Below are positions 1 through 8,834 of a stretch of 16,690 bases of DNA, piece after piece; positions within the stretch are counted from its first letter, which is position 1; each line of letters starts with the position of its first letter. Source of the stretch: a bacterium (lineage in GTDB: Bacteria; DUMJ01). Location of the stretch: NCBI GenBank assembly GCA_049970495.1, contig JBMFMV010000043.1:1-16690 (forward strand), read 5' to 3'. The notes below the pieces were generated by a model that searched no databases, was not told where the DNA came from, and worked only from the letters and a program-made list of their open reading frames with translations. Made by a program: the position numbers and the translations under genes.

Positions 1-2
1 AC

Positions 3-326
3 TTTGAAATGCAAAAAGTCTTAACGCAGGAACAGTTAAAACAGTTCCCAATACTTTTTACCAAAGAACAAGTAGATAGATTTGAACAGATCAGAGAAAG
101 TTATGACAAAGAAAGACTAAATCTAGATATTGCAAGAATGATAGAGGCTTATAAGGTACAACAGCTCAGAAAGGAAAACGCATCTACCAAGGAGATAAAC
201 ACAAGAGTAGCATTAATAGTTGCTATAGACAATAAGAAAAAAGAAGACTTAATAAATTATAGGGTTGCTTTAAGAGAGGTTCTCACCAAAGAACAGAGAG
301 AGGTATTATTTGGGGAGAAGAAATAG
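3..326 (+). CDS. Spy/CpxP-like LTxxQ-motif helical protein, probably 5'-partial
   Basis: The frame is open from the window edge (TTT GAA ATG...). Motifs VLTQEQ, LFTKEQ and VLTKEQ lie in a charged helical sequence. The TAG stop is at 324-326. Confidence 0.55.
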   Translation, partial: FEMQKVLTQEQLKQFPILFTKEQVDRFEQIRESYDKERLNLDIARMIEAYKVQQLRKENASTKEINTRVALIVAIDNKKKEDLINYRVALREVLTKEQREVLFGEKK

Positions 327-328
327 AT

Positions 329-1402
329 ATGGATAGTCTAGACCTTCTACTAAAAGACCTTACTGAAACACCCGGTATAAGTAGTTTTGAAGATAGGATA
401 AGGGAAAGATTAAGACATTATCTTTCCTCTCTAGGTGAGGTAACTACAGATAGATTAGGAAGTATTCTCTGTGAAAAAAGGGGAGATAGTAGTTATCCTA
501 GAATTATGATTGCAAGTCATATGGATGAAATAGGTTTTATTGTAAAGTATATAACTGATGAAGGATTTATCAAGTTTGCCCCTATAGGAGGTTGGTGGAG
601 CCAAGTTCTACCGTCTCAAAGAGTAGTAGTATACACTAAGAAAGGTGAATTCTTCGGGGTAGTTGGTTCTAAACCTCCTCATCTTTTACCTCCAGAAGAA
701 CGTGAAAAGACAGTAAAACTTGACGACTTATTTGTAGATGTGGGAGCAAAGAGTAAGGAAGAGGCGGAAAATGAATTTGGTATAAAACCAGGTTCACCGA
801 TAGTCCCTTGGTCTCCGTATCAAGCTATAGGTAAGGATGGTAAATTCCTAATGGGAAAAGCATGGGATGATAGAATTGGCTGTGCTGTAATAATTAGGGT
901 CCTAGAAAATTTGAAAGGAGAAAAACATCCTAATACAGTTATAGGTGTTGGAACTGTCCAAGAAGAGGTGGGTCTAAGAGGAGCAGAAACAAGTGTAAAA
1001 TTAGCAAAACCCGATATTGCCTTTGTCGTAGAATCAGGCATAGCGGGAGACACCCCAAATGTAAGAAGAGATGAATCTGATGTAAAGCTTGGCAAGGGAC
1101 CAACAATAGGAATGATGGACAGTAGTATGTTACCAAATAGGAAATTAGTAGAGTTTGTAGAGGAAACGGCTAAAAATTTAGGGATACCATATCAGTATGA
1201 GTTTATGCTTAGAGGTGGAGAGGACGGAGGAAGAATACACCTATATAACTCTGGGGTTCCTACTGTAACAATAAATGTCCCAGCTAGATATATCCATAGC
1301 CATACAGGGATAGTACATAGAGACGATTTCGAAAATACAGTAAAACTCTTAGTAGCTTTAATTAAGAGTTTAGATGCAGAGAAGGTATTAGAATTGATAT
1401 GA
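329..1402 (+). CDS. M42 family (TET-like) metallo-aminopeptidase
   Basis: 357 aa with M42 motifs SHMDEIG, IGGW, KPPH, KAWDDRIG, VQEEVGLRGA and RYIHS. A GGGGAG RBS lies upstream. Confidence 0.93.
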   Translation: MDSLDLLLKDLTETPGISSFEDRIRERLRHYLSSLGEVTTDRLGSILCEKRGDSSYPRIMIASHMDEIGFIVKYITDEGFIKFAPIGGWWSQVLPSQRVVVYTKKGEFFGVVGSKPPHLLPPEEREKTVKLDDLFVDVGAKSKEEAENEFGIKPGSPIVPWSPYQAIGKDGKFLMGKAWDDRIGCAVIIRVLENLKGEKHPNTVIGVGTVQEEVGLRGAETSVKLAKPDIAFVVESGIAGDTPNVRRDESDVKLGKGPTIGMMDSSMLPNRKLVEFVEETAKNLGIPYQYEFMLRGGEDGGRIHLYNSGVPTVTINVPARYIHSHTGIVHRDDFENTVKLLVALIKSLDAEKVLELI

Positions 1403-2781
1403 GTGTAAGGGTCAGATTTGCCCCTAGTCCAACTGGACATCTCCATATAGGTACAGCAAGAACTGCCCTTTTTAACTGGTTATTTGCAAGAAAGGAAAAG
1501 GGGACATTTATACTGAGAATAGAAGATACAGATCTAGAAAGGTCAAAGAAAGAGTTTGAACTCTCCATTATAGATGACCTAAAATGGCTTGGTATAGATT
1601 GGGACGAGTTTTATAGGCAGAGCGATCGACTCAATATATATAGAGAGATAGCAGAAAGACTACTGGCAGAAGGTAAGGCATATGAATGCTTTTGTACCAA
1701 GGAAGAATTAGAAAAACTGAGGGGGCAAGGTTACAATAGACGCTGCTTGGGTCTCTCTGACGCAGAAAAAGACGTCTTAAGAAGGGAAAGAAAACCAGCT
1801 ATAAGACTATTTGTTTCCAAAGATGGGGAGACAAGATTTATTGATTATATTCATGGAGAACTGTGTTTTCAGAATAACGTTATTGATGACTTCGTCATTC
1901 TTAAATCTGACGGAACCCCTACCTATAACTTTAGTGTAGTTGTCGACGATATCTTCATGAAGATCACTCATATAATAAGGGGTGAAGATCACATATCAAA
2001 TACTCCCAAGCAGATACAAATATATAAAGCTTTAGGGATAGAGCCACCTGTATTTGTCCATATTCCGATGATACTAGGGCAGGATAAAGCCAAGCTAAGT
2101 AAGAGACATGGAGCTACATCTATAGGAGAATATCGCAATATGGGATATCTATCTGAAGCAATGGTAAACTTCCTAGCACTTATGGGTGCATCATACGAAG
2201 ATAAACAAGTCCTTACCCTAGAAGAGCTAATAGAACTCTTTTCGTTGGAAAAGTTAAGCAAAAATCCAGCTATATTTGATACAAAAAAACTGGATTTCCT
2301 CTCGCAGGAACATATAAGGAGGAAAAATTTAGAAGAACTTACAGAATTAGTCTCTCAGTTCCTAAAAAGGAAGGGACTAGACCATTGGACTACTGATAGT
2401 ATTTATCTCTTCAAGGTGGTAAGCATCTTGCAAACTCGCATCAAAACATTAAAAGATATTATTCTTATGGGGGATTATTTCTTTACAGAGGACTATTCAA
2501 GAGATGCTGAGATACCTTCTGAAGAAAGAAAGAGATTGAATACAATCTTGTCTGATCTGCTAGATATCCTTGCCGAGCTAGATACTTGGAACACTTCTAA
2601 GTTAGAGAATAGGATAAGAAGTTATATAACTGAAAGGTCTTTAGATTCTAGATGGTTTCTCCAGTCATTAAGAATTATAATCTCTGGGAAAAAAGTTACT
2701 CCAAGTTTATTTGAGACTATGGAGGTATTAGGAAAAGAAAGGACGCTTAATAGACTAAGAAGGTGGAGCGGACTAGCCTAA
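1399..2781 (+). CDS. gltX: Glutamate--tRNA ligase
   Basis: Motifs RFAPSPTGHLHIG (HIGH), LRIEDTD, ITHIIRGEDH and KLSKR (KMSKS). The C-terminal anticodon-binding domain is present (460 aa), so this is not GluQ. ATGA overlap with the upstream gene. Confidence 0.97.
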   Translation: MSVRVRFAPSPTGHLHIGTARTALFNWLFARKEKGTFILRIEDTDLERSKKEFELSIIDDLKWLGIDWDEFYRQSDRLNIYREIAERLLAEGKAYECFCTKEELEKLRGQGYNRRCLGLSDAEKDVLRRERKPAIRLFVSKDGETRFIDYIHGELCFQNNVIDDFVILKSDGTPTYNFSVVVDDIFMKITHIIRGEDHISNTPKQIQIYKALGIEPPVFVHIPMILGQDKAKLSKRHGATSIGEYRNMGYLSEAMVNFLALMGASYEDKQVLTLEELIELFSLEKLSKNPAIFDTKKLDFLSQEHIRRKNLEELTELVSQFLKRKGLDHWTTDSIYLFKVVSILQTRIKTLKDIILMGDYFFTEDYSRDAEIPSEERKRLNTILSDLLDILAELDTWNTSKLENRIRSYITERSLDSRWFLQSLRIIISGKKVTPSLFETMEVLGKERTLNRLRRWSGLA

Positions 2782-2796
2782 GTCCGCTCCTTTTCT
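2765..2796 (+). terminator. Intrinsic terminator-like hairpin at the gltX/GH78 convergent junction
   Basis: GGAGCGGACT (2765-2774), loop AGCCTA, then AGTCCGCTCC (2781-2790) form a perfect 10-bp GC-rich stem, followed by TTTTCT on the + strand. Confidence 0.75.
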
Positions 2797-5154
2797 AAGT
2801 AATATATGATATTCTCCGCCAGGTAATTCTATTAGATTTCTAAAAGGAGTTTCCCTATCATTTATAAACAAGACTGGATTAATTAATTCTATACTAGATA
2901 GAATCAACCTGATTTTTATATTCCTAGGAGAACATACATCTAGGAAAAATGAGTCAGGCTCTTTTTGCCACTTGACATATATATCACCCTTTAATGTCGG
3001 GATAATCCCTTCAGCCCAATCTAGGTTGATTATATGAGGTTTTATATCCACCTTTCTAAATCCTGGTTCGCTAGGTCTAATTCCCAGTATACAAGCTATA
3101 AATTCATATAAAGGTACCGCTGACCATCCATGGCATTCACTTCTAGGGTTGTCAAAGGTTTCTGGAAAGGTAGTAACATTTAAGTCTAATAGATCCTTCC
3201 ATCTTTCTAATAAGATTGGCGAATATTTATTATAAAGGTTAACCTTATCTAAAGCCCTAAAAAGGAAATAAGAGTGAGAAATAGATGTTTTACTAATATC
3301 GGTCGCATTAAGAGCTCTATCCATAACCTCTCTTGCTCTATCACTCTTTACTAATTCATTTAGTATAGCCCAAACCTGACAGTGCTGACTGAACTGAGTG
3401 GTCTCTATTCCATCTCTGAAAAGTCCAATACTATCATCCCAGAAATATTTCTTTATTGCCTTATCTACTAAAATACTCTTTATCTTGTATTCTTTGAATA
3501 GGCTCCTTGCACCTATAGTTAGCATAAGAATACTTGCCACCTTAAGAGCATAGCTGTATATAAGACTGTAAATAGCTGCTATATCAAAATTGAATGCCGG
3601 TGGTATTCCCCAAGGCCAACCATCAACCCAATCTACATATGGCCAATAACCTATTTTCCCCACAAGATTATACTCAGTTAAATGCCTTTCAAACCATCCT
3701 AAAATAGCATCTATAGTTCCTCTGTATCTCTTTATCAAGTCTATGTCTCCTGAGTATAAGACATAGTCTCTTACCATAAGAATCCAGTAGAGAGAAAAGA
3801 TGGGAATAACCTGAGGGGCAACAGAAGGATACCTACTCTGCAGAAGTCCAGAAGGAAGTAGAGAACTATGGAAGTCATGAATGGCTTTCTTAGCTAATCT
3901 ATAATCTTTCGAGATCTGATAGGTATAAAGGGCTTCTAACATTGAATCCATTATATACTGCATCTGCTCATAGTATGGACAGTCCTCAAATGTATCGTGA
4001 ATACTTCTTCTAAGAGTCCTTATGGAGACATCCCAGACTTTATTTAACTTTTCGTCAGAACACCTAAAACTACCATCTATCTTAAGAGGATAGCCTATCT
4101 CCCTAAACCAGACTCTTTCGATGGTGATAGGTGATGAAGCTACATCTATATCAAGTTTAATAAATCTAAAAGTCCTAAACCAAAACGGCTCATAATAATC
4201 TCTCCTTCCAGAGGGGTAAAGCGTATCTGTATCTCCTACTATAACACCGCTTAGATCGTCCCTGATTCCCTTTTTCAAAGTCCCATCTGTATCCTTATGT
4301 AAGAGACATTCCCCATAAGTTAACCTGATAACACTGCCCTCTCCCCCCCTTACCTTAAGACAAGGGAAACCGGTGGTAAGTTCCCCAGCATCTAATAAAA
4401 AGGAATACGACTTATTTGGCTCTAGAGTAATTTCTTTAGAAAGGTCCAATTCTGGGAATATTTTTGCAAAATCCTTATCCTCTTGATACAACAATGGGAT
4501 ATCTCTTTCAACTAAAGACCATGGAGTAAAGAGTTCATTTATCTGTATCTCAGGGTTAAAAGATAGGTCTCTGTCCTTAGATATTACTTTGGCATTTTTC
4601 CACTGTGAATCATCAAAATCTACAGAATGCCAATTATTAGGTACAAATTTACTATCTACCACTTCAACCTCTCCAACTAGGGGCATATATCTAGACGGTA
4701 AAAAGCTTATACTTTCATCTCTGTGAACTAGCCAACTCTCATCGGTACAAATCTTCTCTATTAATCTGCCATCCTTGTCTAATACATCCCCTTCTAATAG
4801 AAAACCTGCAGTAGCAGTTCTAAACACAGAACCTGGTCCTCCTCGATAGTAAATCCAAGGTTCTGCAACATAATAATGGATTACTAAGGCAGAAATGACA
4901 TTCCATCCTTCATTTATATAATCATCTATCTCTATTAAATCAAAATAGTACCTCCATCTATCTCCCTTTTCAGGTCCAAAACCTACAGAATGTCCATTTA
5001 TATAAAGTTTATACCTACTATCTGCAGTAACCCTTATACGAAGCTTATATTTACCCTTTTTAAGATAAAACTTCTTTCTAAAGTAACATACTATATTCTT
5101 GTTAGAATTACTCTGAGGAATCTCTTCATCCCATATCCACTTAGCATCAAACAT
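2773..5154 (-). CDS. Alpha-L-rhamnosidase, glycoside hydrolase family 78 (cytoplasmic)
   Basis: N-terminal AKWIW...YFRKKF...TADSRYKLYING, catalytic region EDCPYYEQMQY, C-terminal TTFPE...RSECHGWS and GIRPSEPGF. The start is moved to ATG 5154 because AAGGAG (5166-5161) lies 6 nt upstream. No signal peptide. Confidence 0.88.
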   Translation of the reverse strand: MFDAKWIWDEEIPQSNSNKNIVCYFRKKFYLKKGKYKLRIRVTADSRYKLYINGHSVGFGPEKGDRWRYYFDLIEIDDYINEGWNVISALVIHYYVAEPWIYYRGGPGSVFRTATAGFLLEGDVLDKDGRLIEKICTDESWLVHRDESISFLPSRYMPLVGEVEVVDSKFVPNNWHSVDFDDSQWKNAKVISKDRDLSFNPEIQINELFTPWSLVERDIPLLYQEDKDFAKIFPELDLSKEITLEPNKSYSFLLDAGELTTGFPCLKVRGGEGSVIRLTYGECLLHKDTDGTLKKGIRDDLSGVIVGDTDTLYPSGRRDYYEPFWFRTFRFIKLDIDVASSPITIERVWFREIGYPLKIDGSFRCSDEKLNKVWDVSIRTLRRSIHDTFEDCPYYEQMQYIMDSMLEALYTYQISKDYRLAKKAIHDFHSSLLPSGLLQSRYPSVAPQVIPIFSLYWILMVRDYVLYSGDIDLIKRYRGTIDAILGWFERHLTEYNLVGKIGYWPYVDWVDGWPWGIPPAFNFDIAAIYSLIYSYALKVASILMLTIGARSLFKEYKIKSILVDKAIKKYFWDDSIGLFRDGIETTQFSQHCQVWAILNELVKSDRAREVMDRALNATDISKTSISHSYFLFRALDKVNLYNKYSPILLERWKDLLDLNVTTFPETFDNPRSECHGWSAVPLYEFIACILGIRPSEPGFRKVDIKPHIINLDWAEGIIPTLKGDIYVKWQKEPDSFFLDVCSPRNIKIRLILSSIELINPVLFINDRETPFRNLIELPGGEYHILLRKGADLG

Positions 5155-5187
5155 ATCCTTCTCCTTAAACTTTTTATTTTTTCTATT

Positions 5188-5196
5188 ATTGTAGCA
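5188..5196 (-). promoter_or_regulatory. Extended -10 promoter element (TGCTACAAT) for the GH78 gene
   Basis: TG-n-TACAAT lies about 35 nt upstream of the ATG at 5154. No good -35 hexamer is found at 17 bp. Confidence 0.5.
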
Positions 5197-5291
5197 GAAG
5201 ATTAAAGCCTTAATAAATGGCAAGTTAGTTCAAAAGAACCCTGCCTATCTTTAATCATCTTTGAATACCACTAATTATTCCAACCATACAT

Positions 5292-5319
5292 TTGACAATA
5301 AGGGAAAAAAAGGTATAAA
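5292..5319 (+). promoter_or_regulatory. Sigma70/SigA-type promoter for the nucleotidyltransferase gene
   Basis: TTGACA (5292-5297), a 16-bp spacer and TATAAA (5314-5319) lie about 50 nt upstream of ATG 5369. Confidence 0.7.
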
Positions 5320-5368
5320 CTAATAATAAGAAGTTTATAAAAATCCCTTTATGAAAGGGGAGATACTT

Positions 5369-7870
5369 ATGGTAAAAGGGATGATACTAGGAGCGGGGGA
5401 AGGTACAAGGTTAAGACCTCTTACAACGAATCATCCAAAACCAATGATGCCTGTCTTAAATAGGCCTATTATGGAACATATCATAAGACTCTTAAAGAAG
5501 CATAATATAACAGAACTCTGGTGTAATCTTTATTATCTTCCTGATGAGATACAGAGCTATTTTGGGGATGGGTCTAACCTTGGGGTGCATATCTCCTTTA
5601 AGGTAGAAGATAAGCTACCAGGAACAGCTGGTGGGGTAAAAAACCTAGAGGAGCATTTCGATGACACATTTATAGTCATAAGTGGAGATGCGATTACAGA
5701 TATAGACCTAACATCGGCTATTAATTTCCATAAAGAGAAAGAGGCTATAGTAACAATAATACTAGCTCACGTTGAAAATCCTTTGGAGTTTGGTGTAGTA
5801 ATCACTGATGAGGAGGGGCGTATAGTAAGATTCTTAGAAAAACCTGGATGGAGTGAAGTCTTTAGTGATACCGTCAATACAGGTATATATATCCTAGAAC
5901 CCAAAGTCTTTGACTTTATTCCCAAAGGAAAGGATTTCGACTTTAGTAAAGATCTGTTCCCTCTTTTGCTAGAAGAAAAACAGCCCTTATACGGGTTTAT
6001 AGCCAACGGGTACTGGTGTGATGTAGGAAACATAGAGAGTTATATGAAAGTTCATTATGATGCCTTATCTGGTAAGGTAAACCTTGATATCCCTGGACAG
6101 GAAATAGCTCCGGGTGTATGGATTGGGAAAGGTGTCAGTATATCTTCTGAGGCAAGTATAAGAGGTCCAGTATTGATAGGTGATAATGTACAGATGAAAG
6201 ACCTAGCAAAAATAAGGGAATTTACCGTTATAGGGGATAACACACTTATAGACTCCAATGCGTTACTCCTCAGAAGTATTGTATGGTCTAACTCCTATAT
6301 AGGTGAATCTTCTACTGTTACTAACGCAGTAATAGGAAGGAAGGTTATTATAAAAAGTAGGGTAAGAATAGGAGAAAACGCTGTAGTATCTGATGAATGC
6401 TTTATAGATGAGGGAACTCTTATAAAACCAGGAGTAAAGGTCTGGCCTTCAAAGAGTATAGAAAAGGGAACAGTATTATCCTCGAGCCTCGTATGGGGGA
6501 CTAGTTGGAGAAAGCTCTACTTTTCTAATGGAACTATTTTTGGTCTTGCGAATATAGAGATAAATCCAGAATTTGCTGCAAAATTAGGAACCGCCTTCGG
6601 AGGCATTCTAGAAAAGGGAACAGAAGTGGTTGCTAGTAGAGATGCCAATAGGTCCTCTAGAATGATAAAGAGAGCAATAGTTTCAGGTATTGCCAGCGCA
6701 GGGATCAATGTGGTAGACCTCCAGACGACACCTCCTCCTGTGGCACACTATTTTGTAAGAACTGAAGGACTCTCAGGAGGAGTTCAAGTTTCCACATCTC
6801 CATTTGATGCTAGAAGTGTAGATATAAAATTCTTTGACAGTTTGGGTATAACTATAAGTAGGGACACTGAAAGGAAGATAGAAACCTTATTTGTAAGAGA
6901 GGATGCGAGAAGGACATACCTATATGAGATCGGAGAAATAAGGTATGCTCCAAGGGCTGTTGAATCATATATATCTGGATTTCTCTCAAAGATAAATATT
7001 GATGCCATAAAGAATGCTGGTAAGAAGATAGTTATAGACTATAGCTTTGGAACAACTAGCATGGTGCTTCCACCAATACTTGGGAAGTTAGGATGTGAAG
7101 TTGTCTCTATAAATGCGTTTATAGATGAGAGAAAGTTAGCAAAGACTAGGGAAGAATTTCTCTTCAGTATAAATCAACTATCTCAGATAGTTACTACTTT
7201 AAGGGCAGACCTGGGGATACTATTAGACAGCCAGGGAGAAAAGATTTTTATTGTAGATGAAAAAGGAGCTCTCATATCAGATGAGGATTTAGCTTATATA
7301 CTTGCATTTCTTGCAATAAGAACCCAGACAAGAAAAGATGTAGCATTTCCAATATATATGCCAAGAGTCTTTGAAAAAGGATTAAGGCACTATGGTGGAA
7401 ACATAGTATGGACAAAATCTTCTGACAGAGCTATCATGGAGGCTTCAACTAGAGATCATATAGTATTTGCCAGTGATGGAAGAGGAGGAGCTATATTCCC
7501 ACAATTTCAATTTACATATGACGGGATGTTTGGTTTTGTTAAATTACTAGAATTTTTGGCAACAGAAAATATTCCCTTATCCCAATTGAGAGATCTAGTA
7601 CCCCCCTATTCTCTAGTAAAGTCTAGAGTTAGCTGTCCATGGGAATATAAAGGGAGGGTTATGAGGGAACTATTAGAGAGAAGATATGAAAAAGAAGTTG
7701 ATTATACAGAAGGAATCAGGGTACTTACCGATGATGGATGGTTTTTAGTCCTCTCTGACCCAAATCGCCCCGAATTTCATATATATGCGGAAGGAAAGGC
7801 TATAAGACAAGCTGAAAGACTAGTCCAAGAAGCGGTAGAGATAATAAACAGTATAATACCTAAAGAATAG
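5369..7870 (+). CDS. Mannose-1-phosphate guanylyltransferase with left-handed beta-helix domain, fused to a degenerate phosphomannomutase-like domain
   Basis: NTP-transferase motifs ILGAGEGTRLRPLT..PKP, GTAGG, SGD, FLEKP, NTGIY and WCDVG, then hexapeptide repeats (about 6110-6480) and a C-terminal alpha-D-phosphohexomutase-like region. The start is placed at ATG 5369, behind AGGGGAG (5356-5362). Confidence 0.85.
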   Translation: MVKGMILGAGEGTRLRPLTTNHPKPMMPVLNRPIMEHIIRLLKKHNITELWCNLYYLPDEIQSYFGDGSNLGVHISFKVEDKLPGTAGGVKNLEEHFDDTFIVISGDAITDIDLTSAINFHKEKEAIVTIILAHVENPLEFGVVITDEEGRIVRFLEKPGWSEVFSDTVNTGIYILEPKVFDFIPKGKDFDFSKDLFPLLLEEKQPLYGFIANGYWCDVGNIESYMKVHYDALSGKVNLDIPGQEIAPGVWIGKGVSISSEASIRGPVLIGDNVQMKDLAKIREFTVIGDNTLIDSNALLLRSIVWSNSYIGESSTVTNAVIGRKVIIKSRVRIGENAVVSDECFIDEGTLIKPGVKVWPSKSIEKGTVLSSSLVWGTSWRKLYFSNGTIFGLANIEINPEFAAKLGTAFGGILEKGTEVVASRDANRSSRMIKRAIVSGIASAGINVVDLQTTPPPVAHYFVRTEGLSGGVQVSTSPFDARSVDIKFFDSLGITISRDTERKIETLFVREDARRTYLYEIGEIRYAPRAVESYISGFLSKINIDAIKNAGKKIVIDYSFGTTSMVLPPILGKLGCEVVSINAFIDERKLAKTREEFLFSINQLSQIVTTLRADLGILLDSQGEKIFIVDEKGALISDEDLAYILAFLAIRTQTRKDVAFPIYMPRVFEKGLRHYGGNIVWTKSSDRAIMEASTRDHIVFASDGRGGAIFPQFQFTYDGMFGFVKLLEFLATENIPLSQLRDLVPPYSLVKSRVSCPWEYKGRVMRELLERRYEKEVDYTEGIRVLTDDGWFLVLSDPNRPEFHIYAEGKAIRQAERLVQEAVEIINSIIPKE

Positions 7871-8834
7871 AAATTTCAGTAAGAAATGGTGGTCTAAGTA
7901 TACCTATCTCACAAACAATGGCGGTTATAAGCTCCGCAGGTGTTACGTCAAAGGCAAAGTTTATAGCCCTTGCTCCTATTGGGGCTATTCTCATATCTCT
8001 AAAGTTCAAAACTTCTTCTTCTCTTCTCTCTTCTATGGGTATATCCTTACCAGATTTGATACTCCAATCAAAACTACTAGTGGGTGCTGCAACTATAAAT
8101 GGAATATTAAATCTATTAGCCAACACAGCTAAACTACAAGTCCCTATCTTATTGGCAACATCACCATTACTAGCTATCCTATCTGCTCCAACAACTACTG
8201 CTGAAACCCTTCCTAATTTCATAATAAAACCAGCAGTATTATCGGTTATTATCCTATAAGGGATACCTGCTTCTTGAAGTTCCCAAGCTGTCAATCTTGC
8301 ACCTTGCAGTAATGGCCTGGTTTCATCTACTAAAACCTCTACTATCTTCCCTTCTTCCCAAGCCTTTCTTATTACACCTACTGCAGTTCCATACCCACTA
8401 GTAGCTAATCCTCCAGCGTTACAGTGAGTAAGAACAGTACTATTAGAAGGAATTAAGCTGGCTCCTAAAGTAGCTATATCGAGATTCATCTCTTCATCTT
8501 CTCTCTCAATCTTCTGGGCCTCCTCCAAAAATACATCAAAATCTTTTACAGGAAGACTCATCATTCTATCTATAGCCCAGAATAAGTTGACTGCAGTGGG
8601 TCTAGTCCCTTTTAAAACTCTCACCGCCTCATCTAGGTCTTCTTTCTGATATACAGCTAAGACCAAGGCATAAGCAGCAGCTATCCCTATAGCAGGAGCA
8701 CCTCTTATAGCTAACTCTTTTATAGCCTCTGCTACTACTCTATAATCTCTAGTCTTCTCTATTACTAACTCTAAAGGAAGTTTCCTCTGATCTATAAAAT
8801 ATAGACAGTTATCTTCCCACCAAAGAGGTTTCAT
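7860..8834 (-). CDS. mtnA: S-methyl-5-thioribose-1-phosphate isomerase
   Basis: Motifs DQRKLP, IRGAPAIG, RPTAVNL, LTHCNAGGLAT, ETRPLLQGARLT, GADRI, NKIGT and FDVTP. Adjacent to mtnP. Confidence 0.95.
   Translation of the reverse strand: MKPLWWEDNCLYFIDQRKLPLELVIEKTRDYRVVAEAIKELAIRGAPAIGIAAAYALVLAVYQKEDLDEAVRVLKGTRPTAVNLFWAIDRMMSLPVKDFDVFLEEAQKIEREDEEMNLDIATLGASLIPSNSTVLTHCNAGGLATSGYGTAVGVIRKAWEEGKIVEVLVDETRPLLQGARLTAWELQEAGIPYRIITDNTAGFIMKLGRVSAVVVGADRIASNGDVANKIGTCSLAVLANRFNIPFIVAAPTSSFDWSIKSGKDIPIEERREEEVLNFRDMRIAPIGARAINFAFDVTPAELITAIVCEIGILRPPFLTEISIL

Noticed and set aside
820..2261. Short minus-strand ORFs opposite the M42 and gltX genes
   Set aside because: They are antisense shadows of well-supported genes and have no recognisable motifs.
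2761..2800. tRNA gene or insertion-site remnant after gltX
   Set aside because: There is no cloverleaf, T-loop motif or direct repeat. Only the hairpin is present.
5228..5239. GTTC-N4-GAAC as a LexA (Cheo) box
   Set aside because: The half-sites are in the opposite orientation to the Gram-positive SOS box GAAC-N4-GTTC, and neither neighbouring gene is an SOS gene.
4990..8259. Short antisense ORFs (4990-5205, 5767-7008 set, 7918-8259)
   Set aside because: They lie wholly or mostly opposite conserved CDS and have no family resemblance.
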